Assembly: GCA_023301565.1 (NCBI GenBank)
Contig: JALZUO010000037.1
Coordinates: 2,138 to 66,137 of the forward strand
From: Oligoflexales bacterium
GTDB lineage: Bacteria > Bdellovibrionota_B > Oligoflexia > Oligoflexales > JALZUQ01
Direction of reading: 5' to 3'
Length of the DNA: 64,000 nt
Shown here: positions 1 to 8,505 of the stretch, piece by piece
Position numbering within the stretch: position 1 is the first letter of the stretch
Layout: every line of letters begins with the position of its first letter
Position numbers and translations under genes: made by a program
Notes under the pieces: model-generated
The model's input: only the letters and a program-made list of their open reading frames with translations
Told to the model about the DNA's origin: nothing
The model's database searches: none

Positions 1-55
1 AGTTGCGGGCTTCTTCAAACAACAGTTTCGATTTTTGTGACACTTCAGAAGTCTC

Positions 56-1915
56 CTAATTGGCCGTGTTTGAGCCGGATTGTCTGGCTTTGACTATAAC
101 GCAAAAAACTAAAATCCCTGAGAGGCCTGCGATAAGTCCGACCCATGAGCTTCCGGTCATAGCAGCCGGAATGTAGCCAAAGGCTACAGAGAAAAAAGCC
201 ACAACTAAAGCATAAGGCATTTGAGTGCGTACATGGTCCATGTGGTCACAGCTTGACGACATAGAGCTCATGATAGTTGTGTCTGATATAGGAGAGCAGT
301 GGTCGCCAAAAATAGCTCCATCAAGAATCGCAGCAAGTGAGATAAGCGTCACGATTCCAAAGCCGCCGTCAATACTTGAGGCAAGCGGTGCGACCGTCGG
401 AATTAAAATAGCCATGGTTCCCCAGCTTGTTCCCGTAGAAAAAGCAATCAAGCCACCTAGGCCAAACACAATGGCTGGAAGCCAAAGAGCAGAAACGCTT
501 CCTTCGGTCAATGCCACAAGAAACTTCCCGGTGTTTAGATCGTCACAACAGTTTTTCAACGCCCAAGCAAGAATTAAAATAGTCACTGGAAGCAAAGCGC
601 CTTTGAGGCCACTGTAGAGTGCTTTGCCAATGCTGACTAGCGAGCATTGCGCCAAAAGAAAAGAGCATAGTGAGGCGACGATTAAACCAATTCCTGCAGA
701 TTTCCACAAAACGGTAGCGTTGTTTTCAGAGGCCGAAAGAACGTCTTTCCATTTTCCTGGGCTGAGCAGGTTTGTAAAGCTTTCGTTGAATATGGCTGCG
801 CCGCCTCCGTCGAGCCAAAGCCCTCCGAGGATGCAAACAAACAAAACTCCAAAAGGAATCATTGCAGCAGAGACTCGAAGCGTTGCGTGTGGGTCTGGTT
901 GTAGGTCAGAGTAGCCAGCAGATGTTAGAGGGGAAGAGCCGTCTGCTAAAAGTTTTCCTGTTTTTCGCGCGCGCTCTTCTGCTTTTTTCATAGGGCCAAA
1001 ATCAAAATCTAACCATACGTTTAAGAGGACAAAAAAGATCATGAAAATACAATAGTAGCGAAAGAAGATAGCATCGAAAAAGATAGAGTATCCATCTACG
1101 CCCCATTCAAGCTTTTGCGCAATTTCGCCAAAAAGCCCAACCTCGTAGCCAATCCAAGTGCTGATAAAAGCAATGCCAGCAATAGGTGCAGCAGTTGCAT
1201 CTACGAGGAACGCAAGTTTTTCGCGGCTGATTCTGTACTTGTCTGTGAGCGGCCGCATGGAGTTTCCGACAAGCATGGAGTTTGCGTAGTCGTCTATGAA
1301 GATAAGTAAACCTAGTAGAAACGTGATCCACTGCGTTGACTTCCTGCCGTTGCTATACTTGCTTAAGATTTTGATGACTGCGTGAAGCCCACCCGAAGAA
1401 ATAACCACCGCGATCATTGCCATGATAAGTACAACAAACATCAGGATTTCTTGGTTCCAAGAGTCCGTGGCGGCATCAAAAATATATTTTGCTCCAAGCC
1501 ACGCTCCTACTTCACTTGCTTCAGACCCACGTTGCATCAAAACAATCAGTCCACCGACGATTACAGATAAGCTTAAGCTAAGCCTAATCTTGCCTGAGGC
1601 AAAGGCTGCAAAGATGGCAAATATAGGTGGTAAAAACGCAAGCCAAGAAACGGGCGTAGACTCGCCCCCTTTACTGACATAAGCCAAGTTGTCTGGGGTG
1701 ATAAAGGCTAAAAATCCACAGACGCAGAGTAGTCCCACTGCTGCAACAACTGATCGATTGCTCACTTTTATGTTTCCTTTCAGGGGGTTAGCTTCTTCTT
1801 TGGGTTCTGCTGTAATTACCATTAGAAAGTTCGATGGCAAAAAATTAGCGATTGCCGCATTTTTGGGTGGCCAGCCGCTCAACATATAGGTTACTACAAC
1901 AAACCAGCCGAGCAC
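56..1915 (-). CDS. NhaC-family Na+/H+ antiporter-like membrane transporter
   Basis: 619-aa polytopic ORF. The segment FIDDYANSMLVGNSMRPLTDKYRISREKLAFLVDATAAPIAG matches the conserved core I associate with NhaC-type antiporters. The first 30-40 codons may be over-extension from the longest-ORF call. Confidence 0.7.
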   Translation of the reverse strand: MLGWFVVVTYMLSGWPPKNAAIANFLPSNFLMVITAEPKEEANPLKGNIKVSNRSVVAAVGLLCVCGFLAFITPDNLAYVSKGGESTPVSWLAFLPPIFAIFAAFASGKIRLSLSLSVIVGGLIVLMQRGSEASEVGAWLGAKYIFDAATDSWNQEILMFVVLIMAMIAVVISSGGLHAVIKILSKYSNGRKSTQWITFLLGLLIFIDDYANSMLVGNSMRPLTDKYRISREKLAFLVDATAAPIAGIAFISTWIGYEVGLFGEIAQKLEWGVDGYSIFFDAIFFRYYCIFMIFFVLLNVWLDFDFGPMKKAEERARKTGKLLADGSSPLTSAGYSDLQPDPHATLRVSAAMIPFGVLFVCILGGLWLDGGGAAIFNESFTNLLSPGKWKDVLSASENNATVLWKSAGIGLIVASLCSFLLAQCSLVSIGKALYSGLKGALLPVTILILAWALKNCCDDLNTGKFLVALTEGSVSALWLPAIVFGLGGLIAFSTGTSWGTMAILIPTVAPLASSIDGGFGIVTLISLAAILDGAIFGDHCSPISDTTIMSSMSSSCDHMDHVRTQMPYALVVAFFSVAFGYIPAAMTGSSWVGLIAGLSGILVFCVIVKARQSGSNTAN

Positions 1916-2006
1916 ATTGCTTAAGGGTGACCTTTTGCAGATGGATGCGTGCCGCGCAGAGAACGTACTAAAGCATGATGCAATTGAAAAGGGATAATAG
2001 GCTTTT

Positions 2007-3386
2007 ATGGACGCACTGAATAGTTTTTTAGGGGTATTAGTAGGCTTCGTTTGGGGTTTACCTCTAGTTTTTTTACTTGTTGGTACAGGTCTGTTTTTAA
2101 CTTTTTATTTGGGTGGTTTTGCGACCATTCAGATCAAAGGCTTTGTTCATGCAATTCAAGTAGTGATGGGGAAGTACTCTCACGAAGAAGATGAAGGTGA
2201 CATCAGTCACTTTCAGGCTTTGACCACCGCACTCTCGGCTACAGTTGGCCTGGGTAACATCGCCGGTGTTGCCATCGCTATTTCCGTAGGTGGACCAGGA
2301 GCTACCTTTTGGATGGTTGTAGTTGGCCTTGTTGGTATGGCTACAAAATTTGCTGAATGTACCCTGGGAACCATGTACCGGAAGATTGATGATGATGGAA
2401 CCATTCGCGGTGGTGCCATGCACTATATCGAACGTGGTTTGGGTAAAAGCTGGCGACCGCTAGCTCTGTTTTTTGCTTTTGCTTGTATTTGCTCGAGCTT
2501 TGGTTCAGCCAATATGTTTCAAACAAACCAGGTAGCTACTATTTTGAATGGTAGCTTTCAAATCCCTCCTTATTTAACAGGTCTTGTTCTTAGTATTGCT
2601 ACCGGTGTGGTGATCATAGGTGGTATCCAGAGAATTGGTAGGCTTACATCTATTCTGGTTCCGGTCATGGGTGGTATTTACGTTGCCGCAGCTTTGTGGG
2701 TGATCCTCGGTAACATTGCTGTTGTCCCGTCTTTAATTGGGCAAATTTTTTATGATGCATTTAATGGTACGGCTGCGATTGGTGGCTTTACCGGAGTAGC
2801 TGTTTCTCAGGTGATCATTCAAGGGGTTCGTAGAGCTTGCTTTTCGAATGAGGCTGGACTTGGCTCGGCTCCAATTGCACATGCTGCTGCTGCCACCAAA
2901 GAACCTGTACGTGAAGGTGTAGTTGCTCTGTTAGAGCCATTTATCGATACGGTAGTAATTTGCACGATGACAGCCTTAGTAATTTTGATTTCAGGTGCTT
3001 GGAAGGATGCAAATGGCATCGAAGGTGTAGAGCTAACAGCTCGTGCATTTAACTCGGGTATTGCTGGCTTTGGTACTTATTTCGTTCCGGTTGCTGTTCT
3101 TCTTTTTGCTTACTCTACTCTGATTTCTTGGTCTTACTATGGCGAGCAAGCTGTAGAATACATGCTAGGTAAAAGTGCAATTGTTCCTTATAGGATTCTT
3201 TTTTGTGTCTTTGCGTTCGTCGGTGCTATCTGGTCTGTGACTCCGGTGCTCAGCTTCTCTGACATCATGTTGGGTCTGATGGTTGTGCCAAACTTGATCG
3301 CAGTGATCATGATGCTTCCTCGCATAAAAGCAGCAACGGTCAGTTATTTTGATAGACTTAAGCGTGGTGAATTCGACGAAGCGTAA
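2007..3386 (+). CDS. alanine/glycine:cation symporter (AGCS family)
   Basis: 459-aa multi-TM ORF. FQALTTALSATVGLGNIAGVAIAISVGGPGATFWM is the typical sodium:alanine symporter signature. Confidence 0.9.
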   Translation: MDALNSFLGVLVGFVWGLPLVFLLVGTGLFLTFYLGGFATIQIKGFVHAIQVVMGKYSHEEDEGDISHFQALTTALSATVGLGNIAGVAIAISVGGPGATFWMVVVGLVGMATKFAECTLGTMYRKIDDDGTIRGGAMHYIERGLGKSWRPLALFFAFACICSSFGSANMFQTNQVATILNGSFQIPPYLTGLVLSIATGVVIIGGIQRIGRLTSILVPVMGGIYVAAALWVILGNIAVVPSLIGQIFYDAFNGTAAIGGFTGVAVSQVIIQGVRRACFSNEAGLGSAPIAHAAAATKEPVREGVVALLEPFIDTVVICTMTALVILISGAWKDANGIEGVELTARAFNSGIAGFGTYFVPVAVLLFAYSTLISWSYYGEQAVEYMLGKSAIVPYRILFCVFAFVGAIWSVTPVLSFSDIMLGLMVVPNLIAVIMMLPRIKAATVSYFDRLKRGEFDEA

Positions 3387-4296
3387 AGTCTATTTTTTAG
3401 AGCAGGTTTTAACCGCTCTCAGCTGTGTTGTATTCAACTATTTTAGATTTAACAGGGCCAGTTTTGCTGGGCCTGTTTTTTTATGCCTATGTATCAGCTT
3501 CACCGGGTGCAAGAAGAATGCAGTTGGTTTTGCCGGTGGGGGGCAAAGTGGCCTTTGCTTAGATCAGGTCGACCTGGAGATTCACTTTTTTTTGGATACG
3601 ACGAACAGCTTAAGTGAAAACTTTGCCCCGCTAAGAGCAAACGTGGTAGCTCTGGCCGGTGAGTTAGAAGATGCAATCATCCGTGGCGGCTCACTGGGAG
3701 TAAATATAAAGTACGCCTACACGCTATACTCTGATGCGGACATGGACCCAGCAAATGTTCCGCTTACTAGGCTGGGTCTGGACAGTAGAGAAATATTGAG
3801 CGCATTTCAGTCGCTTTCAATAAACGATGTGCAAGGTAACGGGGATGGCCCTGAAGCAGGTTTATGGGCTATGGAAGAGGCGATTTCTAGCTTGGCCCAA
3901 ACACCTCAAACAATTACTCCCTTTCGAATTTGGATCGTAGTTACAGATAACTATTCGCACCGTAGCAGAGAGGTTGCCAGTAACTTCAACCGTGACTATA
4001 GCCTGCTACCAGTTGTTTCTGGCATCAACCGTCTTTTAACAGGTGCGCAGACTATGCTGCTTTTTGATAGTACTCCAACGTTTGAGCCAGAAGACCGTTG
4101 GTCGAACGGGCAGCAAGTACAGCCGACCTACGAGGAGGCTCGAATCGTTTCCCCTGCTCAGCAGTGGGGTCTTTTTCGGGAGCTTTCCGGCGGAAAAGTT
4201 CAAGGGTCTAATGTTCCGTACCCAATCAATGCTGAGGTGATGCTGGGTCAAATTCCGCAATCTGTTTTAGCCTACAAAAATCAGCTTTGTCAGTAA
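3349..4296 (+). CDS. vWA-like domain protein, possibly a lipoprotein; start uncertain
   Basis: MIDAS-like FFLDTTNSLS (DxTxS) follows a beta-strand-like stretch, with WIVVTDNYSH later. A possible lipobox is ISFTGC. The longest-ORF start (TTG 3349) overlaps the AGCS gene, and the terminator hairpin lies inside the predicted 5' end. Confidence 0.45.
   Translation: MIDLSVVNSTKRKVYFLEQVLTALSCVVFNYFRFNRASFAGPVFLCLCISFTGCKKNAVGFAGGGQSGLCLDQVDLEIHFFLDTTNSLSENFAPLRANVVALAGELEDAIIRGGSLGVNIKYAYTLYSDADMDPANVPLTRLGLDSREILSAFQSLSINDVQGNGDGPEAGLWAMEEAISSLAQTPQTITPFRIWIVVTDNYSHRSREVASNFNRDYSLLPVVSGINRLLTGAQTMLLFDSTPTFEPEDRWSNGQQVQPTYEEARIVSPAQQWGLFRELSGGKVQGSNVPYPINAEVMLGQIPQSVLAYKNQLCQ
3451..3482 (+). terminator. 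rho-independent terminator candidate downstream of the AGCS gene
   Basis: Stem AACAGGGCCAG / CTGGGCCTGTT (11 bp, one G-G mismatch) with a 5-nt loop. It is followed by a run of 7 T, the first two shared with the stem. Confidence 0.55.
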
Positions 4297-4391
4297 ATAC
4301 AGATAGTTATATTTGGATATCTTGTTTTAACCTAGGCTAAGCGTTGTGCTAAGCTCTGGCCGAAGTCCTATGGCGGGCTTTTAAAGGTATT

Positions 4392-5504
4392 TTGTTTATG
4401 GCTCTAGAAGCATCAACGACATCGTCTGTAAGTTCTGTAGATTTAAAATCAAAAAAAGCGACTTTGCAGACTAGGACTACAAACCAATCAGGTGACAAGG
4501 CAACAGATTCTTTTGCTGGTTTTCTTTCTGCTGTAGAATCAGATGTAGCAAGGTGCGAGGCCTTGATGCCGTCGCTTGTTGCAAGCGCTAGTGGAAGCTC
4601 AAAAGAAATCATTAGCTATATTCTAGAACGGCCTGGAAAAAGAATGCGTATAGCGCTTTTTTACTTTTGTGCTGAACTAGTCGGCTTTAACCGTGAAGAC
4701 AGAGACGCCTTAGCGGCTGTCGGTGAGCTGGTGCACACGGCCAGTCTTCTGCATGACGACATCATCGACGAATCAAGTATGCGAAGGGGCAGAGCTTCTC
4801 CACACACTATTTTCGGCCCAAAAAAAGCAATACTTGTCGGAGACATGCTTTTAGCTAGTGCTTCACGCGTTATGTGTAGGTCTGGAAGCACAGAAGTTGT
4901 AGATGGTTTTAGTCATGCCATCCATCAGATGAGTGACGGAGAACTTTTGCAGCTTGACCACCTCTACGATGAAAAAACTACAGAGCAGACCTACTGGAAA
5001 ATAATGGAATACAAGACGTCGGTGCTGCTTGCAGCTATTTGCCAGACCCCAGCGATTCTTCAGGGGTTGGAAGCAATAAAGGTTCGGGCACTCTGGGATT
5101 TTGGTATTGCCTTGGGGAATATTTTTCAAATTTGTGACGATATTTTAGATTACTTTCATTCATCTGGTTTTGCTGGAAAGAAAACCTTTGCTGATTTCCA
5201 AAGTGGAAAAATGACTCTTCCTTTGTTTCTGTTAAAACAGTCTTTGAACCGTCACGAGTGGTCGAACATCGAAAGTGTTTTTTGCGGTAAGCAAGGTGAG
5301 GCCGCAGCTAAGAATATTGTTTACACTGCGATGGATAAGCACGGTATTTTTAAACAGTGCATAGAATACTGCAGTGCAAAAAACACGGAGTCATTGAAAC
5401 AATTTTTCATCCATTTTCCGGATGCTGTAGAATCACCATTGGCCAAGATTGGAACCCTCTTTTTAGCACGCCTACCAAAGGCTTCGGAGCATTTGACAGT
5501 TTAA
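4392..5504 (+). CDS. polyprenyl diphosphate synthase (IspB-like, trans-prenyltransferase)
   Basis: Two aspartate-rich motifs: LLHDDIIDESSMRRGR and FQICDDILDY. GKRMR lies upstream. The protein carries an N-terminal Ser/Thr-rich extension of about 40 aa. Confidence 0.85.
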   Translation: MFMALEASTTSSVSSVDLKSKKATLQTRTTNQSGDKATDSFAGFLSAVESDVARCEALMPSLVASASGSSKEIISYILERPGKRMRIALFYFCAELVGFNREDRDALAAVGELVHTASLLHDDIIDESSMRRGRASPHTIFGPKKAILVGDMLLASASRVMCRSGSTEVVDGFSHAIHQMSDGELLQLDHLYDEKTTEQTYWKIMEYKTSVLLAAICQTPAILQGLEAIKVRALWDFGIALGNIFQICDDILDYFHSSGFAGKKTFADFQSGKMTLPLFLLKQSLNRHEWSNIESVFCGKQGEAAAKNIVYTAMDKHGIFKQCIEYCSAKNTESLKQFFIHFPDAVESPLAKIGTLFLARLPKASEHLTV

Positions 5505-5564
5505 CTCGGAATTCATGTTAATATCTTGTGTGGTTTTTAATCCAAAAAATTTAAGGGTGACATT

Positions 5565-7880
5565 GTGTTAAGTATATTTCGCCGTGGTGATGCTGAACAA
5601 AGCAAGGCGACGCCTTCTAAAAATGGCACTGCAAAACCTACTTTGCAGGCTAAAGGAGCAAATGTGCAAAGTGCCGGTTACGGTACGTTTAAGGGCGTTT
5701 TCGTCCCAAGTATTCTAACGATTTTAGGTATCATTCTTTATTTGCGGCTGGGCTGGGTTTTAGGGAACGTTGGGCTCGCACAAACCTTGATTATTATTAC
5801 CATTGCTTCTGCCATTACATTTATCACAGGCCTTAGCATCGCGGCGACTGCGACCAACATGAAGGTTGGCGGTGGAGGTGCATACTACCTTATTTCAAGA
5901 AGTCTTGGTGTGGAGCCAGGGGCTGCCGTAGGTTTACCTTTGTTTCTTGCGCAAGCCTTGGGGATTTCTTTTTATATTGCTGGTTTCAGTGAATCTGTGG
6001 TTGCGCTTATTCCGGAAACGACATCTGCTATGCCAGAGGTTATTGCTTATTTTTTAGATGTTATCCGAAACCCCATGATTCTAAGTACAGGCACTCTTGT
6101 TCTGTTAGCTCTAATCGCATTTTTCTCTACCAACGCTGCTTTGCGCGTGCAGTTTATTATCTTGATATTGATCGTAACCTCGCTTGTAGCGCTTTTTTGG
6201 GGGAACCCCGATTACGTTCCAAAATCTGATTGGGGACCTATCCCTGAAAAGGAGTCTTTTTGGTTTGTCTTCGCTGTATTCTTTCCGGCTGTTACGGGTA
6301 TCGAGGCTGGGATCGCCATGTCCGGCGACCTAAAAGACCCTGGCAAGTCTTTGCCGTGGGGCACAATTGCAGCTGTGGTCGTAGGTTTTGTTGTTTATAT
6401 GGCTATTCCTGTGGTTCTTTTCTTTCGCGTAGATGAAGCTAGCTTGATCATGGACAACATGGTGATTCAAAAGATTTCAGCTTACGGCCCTATTGTAGTG
6501 GCAGCTATATGGGGTGCTTCCTTGTCTAGTGCTTTGGGTGCGATTTTAGGCGCGCCGCGAACGCTGCAGGCTCTCGCGCGAGACAGGGTGGTTCCACGCG
6601 TTCTTGGTATTGGGTCAGGCGAAAAAGACGAGCCTCGTATTGCAACGATTTTAACTTTTGTGGTGGCTTTACTCGGGATATCTCTTGGTAGCTTAGATGC
6701 TATCGCTCCGATTCTTTCAATGTTTTTTCTTACATCCTACGGTGCTCTTAATATGATTGCCGGGCTTGAGGGAGTCATTGCAAACCCCTCGTGGCGGCCA
6801 ACGTTCAAGACACCCTGGATGCTTTCGATTGTAGGAGCGTTTGCCTGTTTTGCCGTGATGTTTATGATCAATGCCGGGGCTACTATTATGGCAATCGGTT
6901 GTACGATTGGTGTTTACTACTTCATGCAAGCAAGGAATATGACTGCCCATTGGGGTGATATGCGCCGTGGAATTCTTATGTACCTCGCACGCTACTCTAT
7001 CTACAGCCTTGAGTCGCTTCCTTCCGATGCAAAAACCTGGCGACCAAACGCACTAGTGCTTAGCGGTAGTCCTACCACGCGTTGGTATCTAATCGAGTTA
7101 GCTGATGCGATCACGCAGGGAAAAGGTTTTTTGACGGTAGCTGCCATTTTAGGTGAGCACCAAGCAGACGAAGAAAAAATAGCGTCTCTGCGAAAAACCA
7201 TTCAAGATTACCTTTACAAAAAGAATGTACCAGCTATGGCTCACGTCAGTAGCTCTACAACTGTGCAAGAAGGCGTGCAAAACCTGATAAAAAACTATGG
7301 CGTCGGTCCAATAAAGCCCAATACTATTTTTCTTGGGGAAACTGAAAAAGAAGAAAACTTTAGTTCTTTTGGTAAGATGATTCACCTTGTGCATTCCGGT
7401 AAAAAGAATCTCGTGATCGTTCGCGAAGGTGACCCAAACCGTGTGGTGACAGGAAGAAAGAAAAATATTGATATTTGGTGGGGGCGAGAGCGCAAAAACG
7501 CAGGTCTTATGCTAGCCCTAGGCTATATGCTGCAAACCAGCCCGCAGTGGAGAGGTGTGTCTCTAAACCTAAAGACCATCGTAAAAACCCAAGAAGAAGA
7601 GCCAGCAGCAACTGAATTCCTCGAAAACTACCTTGCTAACAGTAGGATTGAGGCCAACACCAAGGTTAAGGTAAGCCAAGACATTTGGATGGGTATTCAC
7701 GAGTCTTCGAAAGCAAGTGACTTGATCTTTATTGGTATAAGGCCGCCAGGAAAAGAGGAGACCCCAGAAGAGTATGGCGTCTACTACCGCTCTTTACTCG
7801 AAAGCACTAAAAGGCTACCGCAGGTCGCGATGGTTATGACTGCCGAGGATATTAAGTTCACTGAAATCTTTAGTGGGTAG
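5565..7880 (+). CDS. SLC12/cation-chloride-cotransporter-like APC-superfamily permease with large cytoplasmic C-terminal domain
   Basis: 771 aa with a GTG start. GTFKGVFVPSILTILGIILYLRLGWVLGNVGL resembles the CCC TM1 signature. About 12 TM segments are followed by a soluble tail of about 270 aa. Confidence 0.7.
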   Translation: MLSIFRRGDAEQSKATPSKNGTAKPTLQAKGANVQSAGYGTFKGVFVPSILTILGIILYLRLGWVLGNVGLAQTLIIITIASAITFITGLSIAATATNMKVGGGGAYYLISRSLGVEPGAAVGLPLFLAQALGISFYIAGFSESVVALIPETTSAMPEVIAYFLDVIRNPMILSTGTLVLLALIAFFSTNAALRVQFIILILIVTSLVALFWGNPDYVPKSDWGPIPEKESFWFVFAVFFPAVTGIEAGIAMSGDLKDPGKSLPWGTIAAVVVGFVVYMAIPVVLFFRVDEASLIMDNMVIQKISAYGPIVVAAIWGASLSSALGAILGAPRTLQALARDRVVPRVLGIGSGEKDEPRIATILTFVVALLGISLGSLDAIAPILSMFFLTSYGALNMIAGLEGVIANPSWRPTFKTPWMLSIVGAFACFAVMFMINAGATIMAIGCTIGVYYFMQARNMTAHWGDMRRGILMYLARYSIYSLESLPSDAKTWRPNALVLSGSPTTRWYLIELADAITQGKGFLTVAAILGEHQADEEKIASLRKTIQDYLYKKNVPAMAHVSSSTTVQEGVQNLIKNYGVGPIKPNTIFLGETEKEENFSSFGKMIHLVHSGKKNLVIVREGDPNRVVTGRKKNIDIWWGRERKNAGLMLALGYMLQTSPQWRGVSLNLKTIVKTQEEEPAATEFLENYLANSRIEANTKVKVSQDIWMGIHESSKASDLIFIGIRPPGKEETPEEYGVYYRSLLESTKRLPQVAMVMTAEDIKFTEIFSG

Positions 7881-8453
7881 TTTGTCTATTTTTTTTACTT
7901 TGGCGCCATAGGACTGCAAGGTTTGTTTGTCTGTTTCCGAAGAATCTATTTCCATAAGAAAAATAGGGACACCACCAAGAAATATATTCACTTCATTGCG
8001 ATTTTCTGCAATCAGTCTAAAACCTAACCTTTCAAAGGTTTCCTTTCTCTTTTCGCCAACAGCAAGGCAAAGTATTCTTTGGCATTTAGAGTTTCTTGAA
8101 AATAAAATTCTTTCTCTGTCCAGGGCTTTTGAAAGGTTCCTGCCTTGAAACTTTTGGGCTGCGAAGCAGCCATTGAGCATATAAAAAGGAGTTTTTATTT
8201 TTTTGAATTCTTCGAAAAAATACTTTGTTTCAGCATTTTCTACTAAGTTTTGATAGTAAATTAGTCTTGCACCTGCGGCAATTGAACCAGATTCGTCATA
8301 GATTACGAAGTCGGTAACATCGTTGCGGTCTGAGTTTCGGTACTCTAGAAAGGATGGGTTAAATTTCACCCCAAGAGACTGCCAAGTCTCAAGCCACAGA
8401 CTCTTTATTCTGTCGCGCTCAATTCCGTCAATTTTTCCAATAAAAATATTCAC
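7815..8453 (-). CDS. GNAT-fold N-acyltransferase-like protein
   Basis: 212 aa. QKFQGRNLSKAL looks like GNAT motif A (Q/RxxGxG/A). The N-terminal half (SDRNDVTDFVIYDESGSIAAGARLI) resembles acyl-amino-acid / LuxI-like synthases. It is the last gene of a same-strand run with the two sensor kinases. Confidence 0.5.
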   Translation of the reverse strand: MNIFIGKIDGIERDRIKSLWLETWQSLGVKFNPSFLEYRNSDRNDVTDFVIYDESGSIAAGARLIYYQNLVENAETKYFFEEFKKIKTPFYMLNGCFAAQKFQGRNLSKALDRERILFSRNSKCQRILCLAVGEKRKETFERLGFRLIAENRNEVNIFLGGVPIFLMEIDSSETDKQTLQSYGAKVKKIDKLPTKDFSELNILGSHNHRDLR

Positions 8454-8505
8454 GTGCGCAGTTTATCCCTAAAGTAGCAAACTTCCAATATGTCATAGTG
8501 GCACC

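Noticed and set aside
225-1889. Several 60-130-aa plus-strand ORFs in the track lie antisense to the NhaC-like gene. Similar antisense ORFs lie inside ligA, uvrA, pepA, lolC/E and the GT4-eno region (for example 59699-60211 and 61971-62435).
   Set aside because: They lie fully within long ORFs that carry clear family motifs on the opposite strand. They have low-complexity, Arg/Ser/Pro-rich translations and no SD. They are typical shadow ORFs.
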